A DNA stretch of 64,000 nucleotides from an uncultured Bacillota bacterium (GTDB lineage Bacteria; Bacillota_I; Bacilli_A; RF39; UBA660): the NCBI GenBank assembly GCA_947650795.1, contig CANSWR010000001.1, forward strand, positions 272 to 64,271, in the 5' to 3' direction. The notes beneath the pieces are model-generated. The model had not been told where the DNA came from. It made no database searches and saw only the letters and a list, made by a program, of their open reading frames with translations. A program made the translations under genes and the position numbers. Positions 1-10,940 of the stretch are shown here, one piece after another; positions within the stretch are counted from its first letter, which is position 1; every line of letters starts with the position of its first letter.

Positions 1-741
1 ATAAGTCACAGTACCTTTATTATCATCTATACCATTATTTAACACATGTTTAACTTTTTTAATATGTTCACATTTAGAACATTCCCAATATTCATAATTA
101 GAATCATACCTTAATAATACATAATTACAATCCTCTAAAACACTAGCAATTTTAGTATCATCCCCATAAACACAAGATTTACTAACAATTCTCTCATGTG
201 TTCCATTTAATAAACTTCTATAACTTTCAACTGGAACATTATAAACATGACTATGTTTATTTATTTCAGAAGGTTTCTCAGTGTCTGCAGGTTTTCCATT
301 ATTATCATTAGATCCTTGATTCTTATCTACAGGTTTAGATTCTGTACCCTGTGACGAAGTTGTACCTTTATTTTGATCCTTTTTAGTTAAATCTTCCTCT
401 GCTTCAACTTTAATGACAACTTCTTCCTCTTCTTCAACAGTTTCCTTATCAAACTCTAACCCTGGAATTATAGAATTATTTCCCATAGGTGGTCTTAAAT
501 TTGGATCAACAACATCCTTCTCAAACTGATCCTCAACTGGAGGTCTAACATTATCCAAATCTTTATCCAAATCTTCCTGATTAAATAACCAATTTTTTAA
601 TTGGCAACCAGCTAAAGTAGCTACCAAAGCTACAGCTGCTAGAAAAGCTGGCTTCTTCCAGCTACGTTTTTTTATCTGATTAATCTTATCATCATTCATT
701 GATTTTGTATCATTTTGATCATAATTATTAAAATCTTTCAT
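1..741 (-). CDS. Lipoprotein, partial (C-terminus beyond the window start); acidic/Pro-rich linker followed by a Cys-containing C-terminal region
   Basis: Manual minus-strand translation from ATG (complement of 739-741) gives MKDFNNYDQNDTKSMNDDKINQIKKRSWKKPAFLAAVALVATLAGCQ..., a lipobox L-A-G-C. The open frame continues to position 1. It is absent from the supplied ORF track, probably because it is truncated at the edge. Confidence 0.45.
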   Translation of the reverse strand, partial: MKDFNNYDQNDTKSMNDDKINQIKKRSWKKPAFLAAVALVATLAGCQLKNWLFNQEDLDKDLDNVRPPVEDQFEKDVVDPNLRPPMGNNSIIPGLEFDKETVEEEEEVVIKVEAEEDLTKKDQNKGTTSSQGTESKPVDKNQGSNDNNGKPADTEKPSEINKHSHVYNVPVESYRSLLNGTHERIVSKSCVYGDDTKIASVLEDCNYVLLRYDSNYEYWECSKCEHIKKVKHVLNNGIDDNKGTVTY

Positions 742-1204
742 ATTTCTCACTCCCCCATTAAATAATTACTAATAGCAATTATACATATTAATATATTCTT
801 TGTCAACTAAGAAATAACTAATTTCAGCATTTGTCAAGACTTTTTGAACAAATTTTAATATTTTTCTAGAAATTCAAACTATTTTTTTATTAAAATCTAA
901 AGAATGTGTAATTAAAATAACTATTAAGATAAATAATATTCTAAATTACTTTAAGTATTTTAATTTCATTACAAAATAAAATATATTTTCACAAATTAAT
1001 CATTCACATTTAATAACACTTTAAACATTAAAAAAAACTATAATCATTAAGTTTTTTATCAAATAAGTCCTATCAAATGACAATATTATGAAAACAATTA
1101 ATAAAATTTTTAAATAATTAACAAAAAAAACTCACAATTAATAAAAAAATTATGTATAATGATATTAAGGAGGAAATCAATTAACAATTGATTGCAGTAT
1201 TAAA

Positions 1205-1804
1205 ATGAAAGAAGTAAAACAAAACAAAATAACAAAAATAACCTTAGGTTTTGTATCACTAATCCTAATTATAGTCGCGCCTATAATAATATTTGAAAAA
1301 TTTAATCATGAAGAAAAAACTTTAACAGACGCCAAAAAATTTGCAAAAGAATACAAAATATTAGATGAAGAAAACATATTTAAGTACTCTAACTCAAACG
1401 AAATAATAAAAATACTAGAAAGTAAAACAGGTATCATATTTTTAGGATATCCAGAATGTGAATGGTGTCAAGCATATGCTTCCATACTAAATGAAGCAGC
1501 TAAAGAAGAAAACATTAACCAAATATATTATTTCAATATCAAAGAAGATAGAAATAAAAACACAAAAAATTATGAAAAAATTATCTCACTATTAAAAGAC
1601 TATTTACTTTATGATGATGAAGAAAAAATAAGACTTTACGTGCCTGATGTAACAATTGTTAAAAATGGCAACATAATAGGACACAATAATGAAGGGGCAC
1701 TTATAACAAAACAAGATGGTACTCCTAATGAATATTGGACACAAGAAAGAAAAGAAAATCTAAAAACAACATTAAAACTTTATTTCAAGCAACTAAATTC
1801 ATAA
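1205..1804 (+). CDS. Membrane-anchored thioredoxin-fold protein (CxxC thiol-disulfide oxidoreductase-like)
   Basis: N-terminal TM helix. CEWC redox motif in FLGYPECEWCQAYASILNEA. Size and layout match TlpA/bacteriocin-accessory-like thioredoxins. The RBS is distant, so the exact start is uncertain. Confidence 0.55.
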   Translation: MKEVKQNKITKITLGFVSLILIIVAPIIIFEKFNHEEKTLTDAKKFAKEYKILDEENIFKYSNSNEIIKILESKTGIIFLGYPECEWCQAYASILNEAAKEENINQIYYFNIKEDRNKNTKNYEKIISLLKDYLLYDDEEKIRLYVPDVTIVKNGNIIGHNNEGALITKQDGTPNEYWTQERKENLKTTLKLYFKQLNS

Positions 1805-1907
1805 AATACGACTAAATTTAAGTTGTATTTTTTTGTAAATAGATACATATTTTAATAATATTTTTAAAATTAAATGATATAATAATATTATTAAAGAAGG
1901 TGAAAAA

Positions 1908-2312
1908 ATGAAAAAAGAAAAATTAAAAATAGGAGCTGCACTTGGAACTGGTGCAATAATTGGAGGATTACTTGGTGTATTATTCGCGCCTAAAAAAGGT
2001 AGTGAAACTAGAGAGCAAATAAAAATGAGTTTTATTAATCTAAAAGACAAATTAATGAATGTTGATGAAGAAAGTATAAAAAGACACATCGAAAAAAAAT
2101 TAGACTGTATTGATGTAGAACTTGCAAAGCTTGAAATAATAGACTCTTACAAAAAAGCTACTAAACAAGCTAAAAAAGTAGTAAAACAAATCAATAAATT
2201 AATAGATTATACTAAGAAAAAAGGTATGAGTGAATTTGAAGATTTAATTCTTGATTTAAAAGATAAAGCAGCTGAAATTTCAGAAGAAATACTAACTAAC
2301 CTTGACAATTAA
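1908..2312 (+). CDS. YtxH-domain (DUF948) protein
   Basis: N-terminal Gly-rich amphipathic/TM segment GAALGTGAIIGGLLGVLFAPKKGSETREQ, then a coiled-coil K/E-rich tail, typical of YtxH. RBS aaggtga lies 7 nt upstream. Confidence 0.55.
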   Translation: MKKEKLKIGAALGTGAIIGGLLGVLFAPKKGSETREQIKMSFINLKDKLMNVDEESIKRHIEKKLDCIDVELAKLEIIDSYKKATKQAKKVVKQINKLIDYTKKKGMSEFEDLILDLKDKAAEISEEILTNLDN

Positions 2313-2324
2313 TTCTAAAACTAT

Positions 2325-2358
2325 AAGATATTGAGCTTAATTAATATCTTATTTTTTT
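2325..2358 (+). terminator. Rho-independent terminator after the YtxH gene
   Basis: Stem AAGATATT / AATATCTT with a 10-nt loop, followed by ATTTTTTTAT. Confidence 0.5.
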
Positions 2359-2411
2359 ATACAATTATTCCTAAAATTTCAAATTAAACTAATCATATTT
2401 TAAAATACAAA

Positions 2412-2447
2412 AAAACTTTCATGATTTTACGAAAGTTTTTTATTTTA
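2412..2447 (-). terminator. Rho-independent terminator for the minus-strand DUF4097 gene
   Basis: Stem AAAACTTTC / GAAAGTTTT with a 10-nt loop. On the minus strand it is followed by a T-run. Confidence 0.45.
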
Positions 2448-2470
2448 CATCAAATTATAATTAAAAATGT

Positions 2471-3409
2471 TTAATTTACCTCTATATCTCCACTTGTTGT
2501 TGATATTTTCAAAGTAATATCACTATTTCTATCAAAATTATAAATTTCTTTTTCTCCACTTATAGTAGAAACATCTACATTAATTGCCTTAACTAATCTA
2601 ACTTCAACCTCTCCACTAACAGTAGAAATAAATGAATTTTTATTTAATAAAACATATTCCATTTCTATGTCTCCACTAGTTGTTTTTATATCTACACTAT
2701 CATTAAGTTTCTTTATATCAATCTCGCCACTTATTGTTCTGCCAGTAACATTATTAACATTACTTATTTCTATATCTCCACTCGTACTTTCAAATTTTAA
2801 ATTAGAAACATTTTTTAAAATCATATCTCCACTAGAAGTAGAAGCATCTGTATCAATAGAATTCATAACAACAATATCTCCACTTGTAGATTTAACATCA
2901 AGTTCCTTCATTCTAATAATTTCTATATCTCCACTTGTTGTTTTAATGTAACCACTTAAATTAAGAAAATCATCCACAAATATATCTCCACTCGCGCTTA
3001 CAGCATTAATATTTGCCACTAACTCTTCAGGCAAATATAATTTAGCTTTTCTGTTCGTATTACAAATACCAAAACATAAACCTCTAAATTTATCAAACTT
3101 AACTTCCAGACCTTCATTACTATTAGTAACATTAACTTTATTTTCTTCACTATCATAAATTTCTAATCTTATTTTCTCATCACTCGAATACATAACATCT
3201 AAATCAGCACTAATCAAATCAAAAGAAAATTTATTAATTTCATCAATACTAAATTCTTCCAAATAAACTAATTTATAATCAGCATTTCTTACGAAAAAGA
3301 AATTTCTTTTAAAATTGCCACTTAGAAGTACTACTAATATTAAAAGTAACAAAAAAGTCATAACTCCTAAAATAGATATTTTAACCACTACATAATTCTT
3401 CTTATTCAT
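2471..3409 (-). CDS. DUF4097 (LiaG/YvlB-like) beta-repeat 'putative adhesin' domain protein, membrane anchored
   Basis: N-terminal TM. Many tandem ~20-aa repeats of the form TSGDIE/TSGDIV/ISGEID, characteristic of DUF4097. Stop overlaps the upstream HTH gene, as in a LiaG-like pair. Confidence 0.55.
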   Translation of the reverse strand: MNKKNYVVVKISILGVMTFLLLLILVVLLSGNFKRNFFFVRNADYKLVYLEEFSIDEINKFSFDLISADLDVMYSSDEKIRLEIYDSEENKVNVTNSNEGLEVKFDKFRGLCFGICNTNRKAKLYLPEELVANINAVSASGDIFVDDFLNLSGYIKTTSGDIEIIRMKELDVKSTSGDIVVMNSIDTDASTSSGDMILKNVSNLKFESTSGDIEISNVNNVTGRTISGEIDIKKLNDSVDIKTTSGDIEMEYVLLNKNSFISTVSGEVEVRLVKAINVDVSTISGEKEIYNFDRNSDITLKISTTSGDIEVN

Positions 3410-3411
3410 AA

Positions 3412-4071
3412 CTACTCTCCTAACTCAAAAACTGATTTTACTATTTCAGTTATACAAGCATATATTATCCACAATATCCAAGTAATATTCCAAGCACCTG
3501 TAATAAAACTAACTATCATATATATAATAAATACCAACAAAGCTAAAATATCATTAATCATTTTTACTTTTTTATTAGATTTTTTCTCCAACTTTTGTTG
3601 TTTTACTTTTTTATCATTAACCATACTATTATAAATAATTATAGTTGTTGCAATAGCAATAATTCCTAAAAATATAGAAACATTAATATTTTCATTTACT
3701 CCAATTTCTTCTCCAAATATTATCCATATAACTGCAACAAAATATAAAAATACCGAAACACAGGTAAAAAAAGCATATTTTTTATTACTAATATTTTCAT
3801 CACTTTCTTTTACCTCTAAATCATTATTTTCATTATTTGATTTTATTTCTGAATCACTTAAATCTAAAAGTTCGTCTGCTGTTATTCCAAATAATTTACA
3901 AAGAGGAATTATTTTATTAAAATCTGGAGAACTTTGATTAGTCTCCCATTTAGAAACAGTCTGCCTTGAAACATTTAAACTGTTTGCAATATCTTCTTGT
4001 GAATAACCTTTAAGTTTCCTATACTTAAGTATTTTATCACCAATATTCATTATTTCCACCTCACAAAACAT
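3412..4071 (-). CDS. XRE-family HTH transcriptional regulator with C-terminal multi-TM domain
   Basis: HTH_3 signature GYSQEDIANSLNVSRQTVSKWETNQSSPD. Three or four hydrophobic helices follow. Confidence 0.6.
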   Translation of the reverse strand: MFCEVEIMNIGDKILKYRKLKGYSQEDIANSLNVSRQTVSKWETNQSSPDFNKIIPLCKLFGITADELLDLSDSEIKSNNENNDLEVKESDENISNKKYAFFTCVSVFLYFVAVIWIIFGEEIGVNENINVSIFLGIIAIATTIIIYNSMVNDKKVKQQKLEKKSNKKVKMINDILALLVFIIYMIVSFITGAWNITWILWIIYACITEIVKSVFELGE

Positions 4072-4157
4072 TATACTAGTTACTAATAATAATTTCTATC
4101 AACTAAACTTTGAATTTTGTTATTTTCACTTTGAAATTTTGTCAACTAACATTAACA

Positions 4158-4688
4158 TTATCTAATTTTATTCACTTTCAAGCTTTCTAAAAAAGTTGAA
4201 ACATCCATTTCAAAATCACTATCCCATATACAAACAGTAACTTCTAAATTATTATTAATATCAGTTGAAAGAAGTTTTCTACATGATTCTTTTTGCTCTT
4301 CTGTAAGTATAGTTTCATAATCTTGAGGAATTACTAAATTAACATTATTATTATCTATACTTTTACCCAATCCAAAATAAAGAACATGATTTAAACTAAT
4401 TAATAAACCATAAATAGTAAAATAATCCAATACATCCATATCTTCACTATCATTCTTTAAATAATCTCTAACTATTCTATCTCTAGATTTTCCTAAAAAA
4501 GCATTCAAATATTTTTCAAAAATTATAAAATGCTTTTCATCTCTTTTTACAGTAATAAATTCCCCATCTTGATTTATAGCATACCCGCCTTCAAAAAGAC
4601 TAACAAAATCTTTAGGTGTTACTCTAAAATTAATAAAACTATTATCATAAGATCTAATATGTTTTTCTAATTTCATATGTTTCCTCAA
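4158..4688 (-). CDS. Hypothetical protein
   Basis: Clean 176-aa ORF; no motif recognised. Confidence 0.35.
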   Translation of the reverse strand: MRKHMKLEKHIRSYDNSFINFRVTPKDFVSLFEGGYAINQDGEFITVKRDEKHFIIFEKYLNAFLGKSRDRIVRDYLKNDSEDMDVLDYFTIYGLLISLNHVLYFGLGKSIDNNNVNLVIPQDYETILTEEQKESCRKLLSTDINNNLEVTVCIWDSDFEMDVSTFLESLKVNKIR

Positions 4689-4780
4689 TTAAACTATATA
4701 TATAATAATATAACACAAAAATTAATAAGCACCTCAAATAAAATTCTTAACTTTACATAAAAATAAAAAGATGCAACATA

Positions 4781-5629
4781 TTATTGCACCTTAAGCTTAT
4801 TTTGTTTTCTAGCATATATACCTGCTAGTAATATAGCAACAACTATTAGACTTCCAAGAGTAATCCATAAATATTTAACGATTTTTTGATTATGAGTTTC
4901 TGCATCTTCTAAAGGTTTAGCATTTTTATCTTTATCAGAAATATCCTTATCTTTATCAGATGTAGGTTTATTATTCTCTATAGAATTATCTATGCTGTCA
5001 TTATCTTCATCCAAATCATTATTAGTTATGTCTTCTCCTTCATCTTCATCATCTAAATCATTACTATTATTTGGTCTATTAGAATTACTTTCAAAGTCAT
5101 CATCTTTATCATCTGGAACAACTGGATTTATAGGTGTTACTGGATTATTATCAACCTTAATTATGTATTCACTCACACTACCATCTCTGACAGTTAAGTT
5201 ATCATTAGCTTTATATGAAGCATCAACCATTGAAGCTTCCATTATTGAAAAACTATAATTTTGACTGATACCTGTATTATTAGATATCTTTAATTCTCCT
5301 ATATTCAAACATCCATATTTATCTAATAAATTCCTAGTGGAGTCTCCAGTTGAAATAATAATTCTTATAATTTTATTATTTGCATCATATGAGTATCTCT
5401 TAATATATGCACCTAATGAATTATTCCAAATTAAATTATCAACTTTAACATCACCATTAACTTTAATATAAGCATCCAATGCTCCAACATATCCATGATC
5501 AAACTTTAAATTAATTTTAATACTACCTACTGCAGTTTCTTCCGTTTCCAATATTGTATCAGCAAACATTATATTAGAGCTAAATAAGAAAGTAAACAAC
5601 ATCAAAATTACAAACATAAACTTTTTCAT
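4781..5629 (-). CDS. Cohesin-like domain surface protein with D/N-rich linker and C-terminal TM anchor
   Basis: Signal peptide. Beta-rich ~140-aa domain resembling type-I cohesin (GSIKINLKFDHGYVGALDAYIKVNGD...). Acidic low-complexity linker, C-terminal TM helix plus a basic tail. Lies immediately downstream of the dockerin-bearing peptidase. Confidence 0.4.
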   Translation of the reverse strand: MKKFMFVILMLFTFLFSSNIMFADTILETEETAVGSIKINLKFDHGYVGALDAYIKVNGDVKVDNLIWNNSLGAYIKRYSYDANNKIIRIIISTGDSTRNLLDKYGCLNIGELKISNNTGISQNYSFSIMEASMVDASYKANDNLTVRDGSVSEYIIKVDNNPVTPINPVVPDDKDDDFESNSNRPNNSNDLDDEDEGEDITNNDLDEDNDSIDNSIENNKPTSDKDKDISDKDKNAKPLEDAETHNQKIVKYLWITLGSLIVVAILLAGIYARKQNKLKVQ

Positions 5630-5643
5630 ATATTTACCTCCCT

Positions 5644-8600
5644 TTAATTATCTAATACCATTTGTTTTAAATCTTCCATTTTTGGAAGTAAAATACTTAA
5701 TGATGTACTAGTTACTCTCTGACCTTCTAAAGAAAGTGCATCATCCACTCTATAAAGAACTGCTCTAACTTCAGTATCAGCCATTTTTGAATATTCTTCA
5801 CTATCTAAAGCATATATCCAAGTACCATTAGCAACTTCATAAACATCACCATCACTATTTAACTTAGCAAAAAATAATTGCTCACCATTATATATAATAT
5901 TTGAATCATTTTTTGAGACTATAAGACCTACATTAAATGCTGGATTTCCTGTATAATCTCCTTTAATAATAATACTTCCACTCTTAATACAAGCTTTAGT
6001 AGTATTTCCTGTAAAGTTACCATTCTCATCAGTCTCATTAACATCATAACAATAATCTTCAGTTAAAATACCTACATTATTTGAATCAATATCAATATTG
6101 TCATTAGGTGGTCCTATTAAATCTATTTCAGCTCCACTAATTCCTAACTTATTATTAACAGATACTATTTTTACATAAGAAACATCATTATAAGTCCAAA
6201 TTTGATTTCCACCAGTAGTTCCTTCTTTATCAAAATAAACTATAATATGGTCGTTTTCATTTGATAAATTAAATTCACCACTTTTAGCTAAAATCCAATT
6301 ATCTTTGTCACTACTAACGTATATTTCATATTTATTAATAGTATTATCATTAAGATTTCCATCATTATCTTTCATTGCTTTATATTTCAAGCCAGAAATA
6401 GCCATTTTACTATTAAGTTCAATAACTAAATAAGCATCATCAGTTGTTTTATTATTAATTCTAGAATTCCCATTAAAATATGTATTTTGATCTTCATCAA
6501 TTAAATTATTAACTGATAATTTAGAATAATCCATATCAGGATCTTCATAATCTATTACATCCTCAGTATTAGCAAAATTACTTTGAATACTAAATCCAGA
6601 CTTAACAATACTTCCATCATGATTAAGCTTAATTTCATCTAAAATTACACTATTAGTTTTATTAAGTAAATAATCATATGCAGTTATTTCATAATTAACA
6701 GCCACATTATTTAAAGCTCCTATAATATCCGTATAAGTATTACCCTGAACAAAAGCAATAACTTCTCCATTACGTTTTATCTCATATCCGAGAATTTTAT
6801 CATTTTCATTATTAACACCAAAGTTAATAACTATTCTTTTATTTTGAGTATCTACTTGACCATAAGAAGCATTTAAAACACTATTAGTAATAGGTTTGCC
6901 ACCATTAATTCTGTATCTTCTTGCTTCATCATTCAAATACCATACAGATTTAGAAGAATTAGCATATCTACTATTAACATACTCTCTCGCTTCATCACTG
7001 ATGACTAATCCCCATTTTTCAAAAAATTCTATCAAATTTTCATTTGCTGCTTCACTAGCATACATAACAATTAAATCATCTTTACTTCCAGTCAATTTAG
7101 AAGTTCTTGCTATTTTATTAATTCTTGAATAAATAGAATTAGTATCACTAAATGTTAAATTATCATCATATGCAAGATGTAACTGCCAATACATTCCTAA
7201 ACTTACAAATACATTACTAGCTTTACCAGTAGTACCACTAGTAACTTTTTCATAAATTTTAGGATAAATATTGCTTAACTCTAATCGAGATTTGTCATCA
7301 TCATTTGCAGTTTGAGCAAGAAGTGAAAAAACATTGTTTGTAACTTCAGCAATTGCAAGTTTTCCTTGATTTATTTGATGACCTATCTCATGACTAATAC
7401 CCCAACCAAAATAACCATTAAAAGTTGGATTTTCAAAAGTTTTACCTACAAGTAGACCACCAGTACTATCAAACCCTATACCAATATGTAATCCACCAGC
7501 ATACATAAATGCTCCATCAAACATACGCATATAACGAATATTTACTCTACTAGTTGGAACTCTATTAATTTTTTTATTAATATCCTTAGCTTCCTCATCA
7601 GTAACTTCCATTAATCCCTTGTGACGATAAAACATATTCATCATTTCATCAAAAGCATTAGTACTTTCGAACACACGCTCAACTTTATCACTATCTTCAG
7701 TTAATCCCGAATTAATAGCTTTATAAGTACTAGTAGCAGGAATACTTAAAAGTCCTTCATTAGTAACTATTTCAGTAGAATTGTATATACTTGTTCTTTC
7801 ATTATACTTAATATCATTATCTTTATATAAATTAGGTAAATTATTAACATATTCACTTAATTCATTAATATAATTACTGATTAGCTCTTTCTTCAAAGTT
7901 TCATCATTTAAATTATGTAAATTTAAAACAGGTATTTTTTGTCCACCACTTACACGAACTTTAATAGTAGTATTACCTATTGCATTTGGAAATCTCATAT
8001 ATATAGATCCACCACGTTCAGTAGCATCAGATCCTATTTTAGGAACAGTAATTATATTTTGACCTTTAACTAACTTCTGACTAGTTACTTTCCATGAATT
8101 AGCTTCAGCATAATACTGAGTGAAAACTAATTCTGGCATTTGATTAGTATTACTACCTACATAAACAGCTATAGTTTCTCCAGCTTTAACAACAACACCT
8201 AAAGGTTGTAAATCACTTATACTCATAGCAAACCCTAAATGTGAATCATTAGCAGTACTTATTCTTGTATCTAAAGTAATTGTATCTTGAATTTCTTCAT
8301 CATTTAAAATCTTTTTAGCATAATCTAAATCAGCTAAAATAATATCTTTATCTAAATGATATTCTCCACTTATTTCATCCTTAGTCTGAGCTCGTTTTTC
8401 CAAATCATTTATAATTTTTTCTGTAACATCACTTCTTAATTCAACTCTTAAATCGTCCACGAATAAAGAAGCAACATCATTAGCTAAAGAATCATAATTA
8501 TAGAATTTTATCTCAGAAATTTGCATATCTCTAACACTACCACTTACGGATAAAGCAACTCTTACTTTATTTGTAGTTATAGGTTCATCAGTCTTAACAA

Positions 8601-10716
8601 TATAAAACACACGATTATTTTTATCTCTTCTACTACTTATACTAGCATTTACTCTAACCATAGAACCAAGTTCATTCCAATAATACACCACTGATTTATA
8701 AAATGAACGATTATAATTATCTGGAACTGTTAAAATAAAAGTATTCATAGTATATTTATCATCTAAAGTAACTGTAGGGGCAGTACTAATATTATATTCT
8801 GCTCCACTATCCCAATCATTGAGCTTCCAATATGACAAATCATCATTATCTACTAAAGCAAATTTATCTCCATTAGACATACTACCGCTTCCCAAATCTA
8901 CATCTACAATATGATTAGTTAATTCACCTATTTGATTAGAAGTATTAATTAATTTATATTTTGGTGTAATTGTAGGTATTGAGTCTTTAGTAATAACTTT
9001 ATGAATACTAGATCTACTTCCTTCTCCAAGCTCATTATTTCCAGTTAAATAAAGTTCATACGTAACTCCTACTTTCAAATTACGAACTTGATAAGAAGTG
9101 CCTTCAATCTCTTTTACTATTTTATAAGTATCCTCGCCTAATTCACGGTAATAAAGATTATATGTTTTAGTATCTTTCATTTTTTTCCAAGATACATCAA
9201 ACCCCGCATAAACTGGTGTAGCAACTACCATATCTGGAGCTGGCGGTTTACGAGTTGGAAGTGGAGTGACCACTACACTATTACCATATCCGCTTTTCCA
9301 TTCTTGATTAACAGATTGAACTCTTACACTATAATCAGTATAATTAGTTAACCCTTGAATGTGAAATTCATTATAAGTAGTCTGATATATAGTTTGCTTA
9401 ACAGCACTTCCATTAACCATCTCTTCTACTAATATTTCATACCCTGTAACATTTCTCATATTATCAAAAGTCACAACCATAGATTCACTACCAACATTGA
9501 CATTCAAATTAGTAGGCCTCTCAATATCAGGAACTGGCACTGTTTCATAAACATTATTAAGAAAATCAACTTTAGCAATATCTGCTAAATTATTACTTGA
9601 TGTTTCAGTAATTTTAATAATAACTCTTTTAACAGCTATTTGACCATCTAACTTAATAACTATTGTATTAGGGTTAGCTTTATCAGTAAAAGTATGAATA
9701 TCATTAGCAAGTTCAAAAGACTTATAAACGTTAGTTTCTTTTCCATCATCATCTATTACAATTATTTCCATTTCAGTAGGAATATTTTCATAACCTGTTT
9801 CTATCCTTATTTCACTCATTTCAGTTAGATTTTTCATTTCTACTGAAAGAATAGCAGGATTATCAGCAGAAATATTTTCACTATCATTTTCGGGTTTAAC
9901 ACTTACTGTCCCATTTCCACTTAAAATATTTTCAAAGTTATCTACTCCAGTTACTTTAATGTTTTCAGAATCCATAATTAACGAAGTATCTATTATACTT
10001 ATAGATTTCACACTTGAATTCATAGAAGCAGTAATATAATTTAAGTCTGCTAAACCTACAATTCCATCGCGATTCAAATCATAATCAATATCAGTTTTAC
10101 CAAAATGATTTATCATTAAATCAACATCTGTATCATTAATAATTCCATCAGCATTAACATCTCCTGGTTCAAAACCACCTTTTTCATTAGTAAGAGTAAC
10201 TCTTTTAGAATACTTATCTAATGTTACCGAAGTGTTAACAGTTCTATATCCATTTCCATATAACTGAATTTCATATTGAGCACGCTTTAAGCCATATATA
10301 GTAACACCAATATAAACAATAGAATTATCTTCATTTATACCTATTAAATCATTTCCCTCTTTATCAAGTTTTCTAATACTTACTTGTATATCTTTTCCAT
10401 CAAAATTATATGTTTTTAAAGATGGATCTATAATATCATCAAAAGATATATTAAGTTTATTTCCACTTTGATTAGAAAGATTTAGTCCCATATTGGTTTT
10501 AAGCGTATTAGATATAGGTAAAACAAACTTAATGTCCACTTCTAAATTTCCAGTTGATTCAAAGTATGTTTTCACTTGCTCTTCTTCTAAATTTTCACTT
10601 GTTGTAATTTCTTGATTTTCTTGGTCTAATATATCAGCAACTAAAATATATGAACTTGCCATCCAATTAAAAACTAATGAAAAACAAAGAAAATACCCAA
10701 GCAATTTCTTTACCAT
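5644..10716 (-). CDS. Secreted multidomain M60-like (enhancin-type) zinc metallopeptidase with type-I dockerin, FN3 and F5/8 type C (discoidin) domains
   Basis: Signal peptide. Dockerin Ca-binding repeats GDVNADGIINDTDVD...NRDGIVGLADLNY. HEXXH zincin motif in WGISHEIGHQINQG, flanked by M60-like regions. FN3-like and galactose-binding-like modules. 1690 aa. Confidence 0.65.
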   Translation of the reverse strand: MVKKLLGYFLCFSLVFNWMASSYILVADILDQENQEITTSENLEEEQVKTYFESTGNLEVDIKFVLPISNTLKTNMGLNLSNQSGNKLNISFDDIIDPSLKTYNFDGKDIQVSIRKLDKEGNDLIGINEDNSIVYIGVTIYGLKRAQYEIQLYGNGYRTVNTSVTLDKYSKRVTLTNEKGGFEPGDVNADGIINDTDVDLMINHFGKTDIDYDLNRDGIVGLADLNYITASMNSSVKSISIIDTSLIMDSENIKVTGVDNFENILSGNGTVSVKPENDSENISADNPAILSVEMKNLTEMSEIRIETGYENIPTEMEIIVIDDDGKETNVYKSFELANDIHTFTDKANPNTIVIKLDGQIAVKRVIIKITETSSNNLADIAKVDFLNNVYETVPVPDIERPTNLNVNVGSESMVVTFDNMRNVTGYEILVEEMVNGSAVKQTIYQTTYNEFHIQGLTNYTDYSVRVQSVNQEWKSGYGNSVVVTPLPTRKPPAPDMVVATPVYAGFDVSWKKMKDTKTYNLYYRELGEDTYKIVKEIEGTSYQVRNLKVGVTYELYLTGNNELGEGSRSSIHKVITKDSIPTITPKYKLINTSNQIGELTNHIVDVDLGSGSMSNGDKFALVDNDDLSYWKLNDWDSGAEYNISTAPTVTLDDKYTMNTFILTVPDNYNRSFYKSVVYYWNELGSMVRVNASISSRRDKNNRVFYIVKTDEPITTNKVRVALSVSGSVRDMQISEIKFYNYDSLANDVASLFVDDLRVELRSDVTEKIINDLEKRAQTKDEISGEYHLDKDIILADLDYAKKILNDEEIQDTITLDTRISTANDSHLGFAMSISDLQPLGVVVKAGETIAVYVGSNTNQMPELVFTQYYAEANSWKVTSQKLVKGQNIITVPKIGSDATERGGSIYMRFPNAIGNTTIKVRVSGGQKIPVLNLHNLNDETLKKELISNYINELSEYVNNLPNLYKDNDIKYNERTSIYNSTEIVTNEGLLSIPATSTYKAINSGLTEDSDKVERVFESTNAFDEMMNMFYRHKGLMEVTDEEAKDINKKINRVPTSRVNIRYMRMFDGAFMYAGGLHIGIGFDSTGGLLVGKTFENPTFNGYFGWGISHEIGHQINQGKLAIAEVTNNVFSLLAQTANDDDKSRLELSNIYPKIYEKVTSGTTGKASNVFVSLGMYWQLHLAYDDNLTFSDTNSIYSRINKIARTSKLTGSKDDLIVMYASEAANENLIEFFEKWGLVISDEAREYVNSRYANSSKSVWYLNDEARRYRINGGKPITNSVLNASYGQVDTQNKRIVINFGVNNENDKILGYEIKRNGEVIAFVQGNTYTDIIGALNNVAVNYEITAYDYLLNKTNSVILDEIKLNHDGSIVKSGFSIQSNFANTEDVIDYEDPDMDYSKLSVNNLIDEDQNTYFNGNSRINNKTTDDAYLVIELNSKMAISGLKYKAMKDNDGNLNDNTINKYEIYVSSDKDNWILAKSGEFNLSNENDHIIVYFDKEGTTGGNQIWTYNDVSYVKIVSVNNKLGISGAEIDLIGPPNDNIDIDSNNVGILTEDYCYDVNETDENGNFTGNTTKACIKSGSIIIKGDYTGNPAFNVGLIVSKNDSNIIYNGEQLFFAKLNSDGDVYEVANGTWIYALDSEEYSKMADTEVRAVLYRVDDALSLEGQRVTSTSLSILLPKMEDLKQMVLDN

Positions 10717-10940
10717 TTCTCTACCTCCTTTCTAATTATAAGTTTAGCATAATTGAATTATTCTTACAATTAATTTGTCGATTTTTGTATATGTTAATTA
10801 ATAAACCTAAATAGTACGTTTACATTACAAAAAAATACTTCATTGCCATTTATGTTTTTTTATCATATAATAAATTTATAGAGGAAAAAGATTAAAACAC
10901 TTAATGTGATTTAATAAATATTTTTGAGGAGGTATATTTT

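Noticed and set aside
2667-2951. Plus-strand ORF (94 aa, ISPLV repeats) inside the DUF4097 gene
   Set aside because: It is an antisense shadow of the repetitive TSGDIE-coding sequence. It is low complexity with no RBS. The same reasoning applies to the other short opposite-strand ORFs nested in long genes: 1799-2089, 4992-5258, 6896-7132, 12100-12306, 32066-32392, 33389-33580, 34926-35168, 35398-35664, 39671-39865, 42639-42827, 47466-47684, 50772-51032 and 58260-58460.
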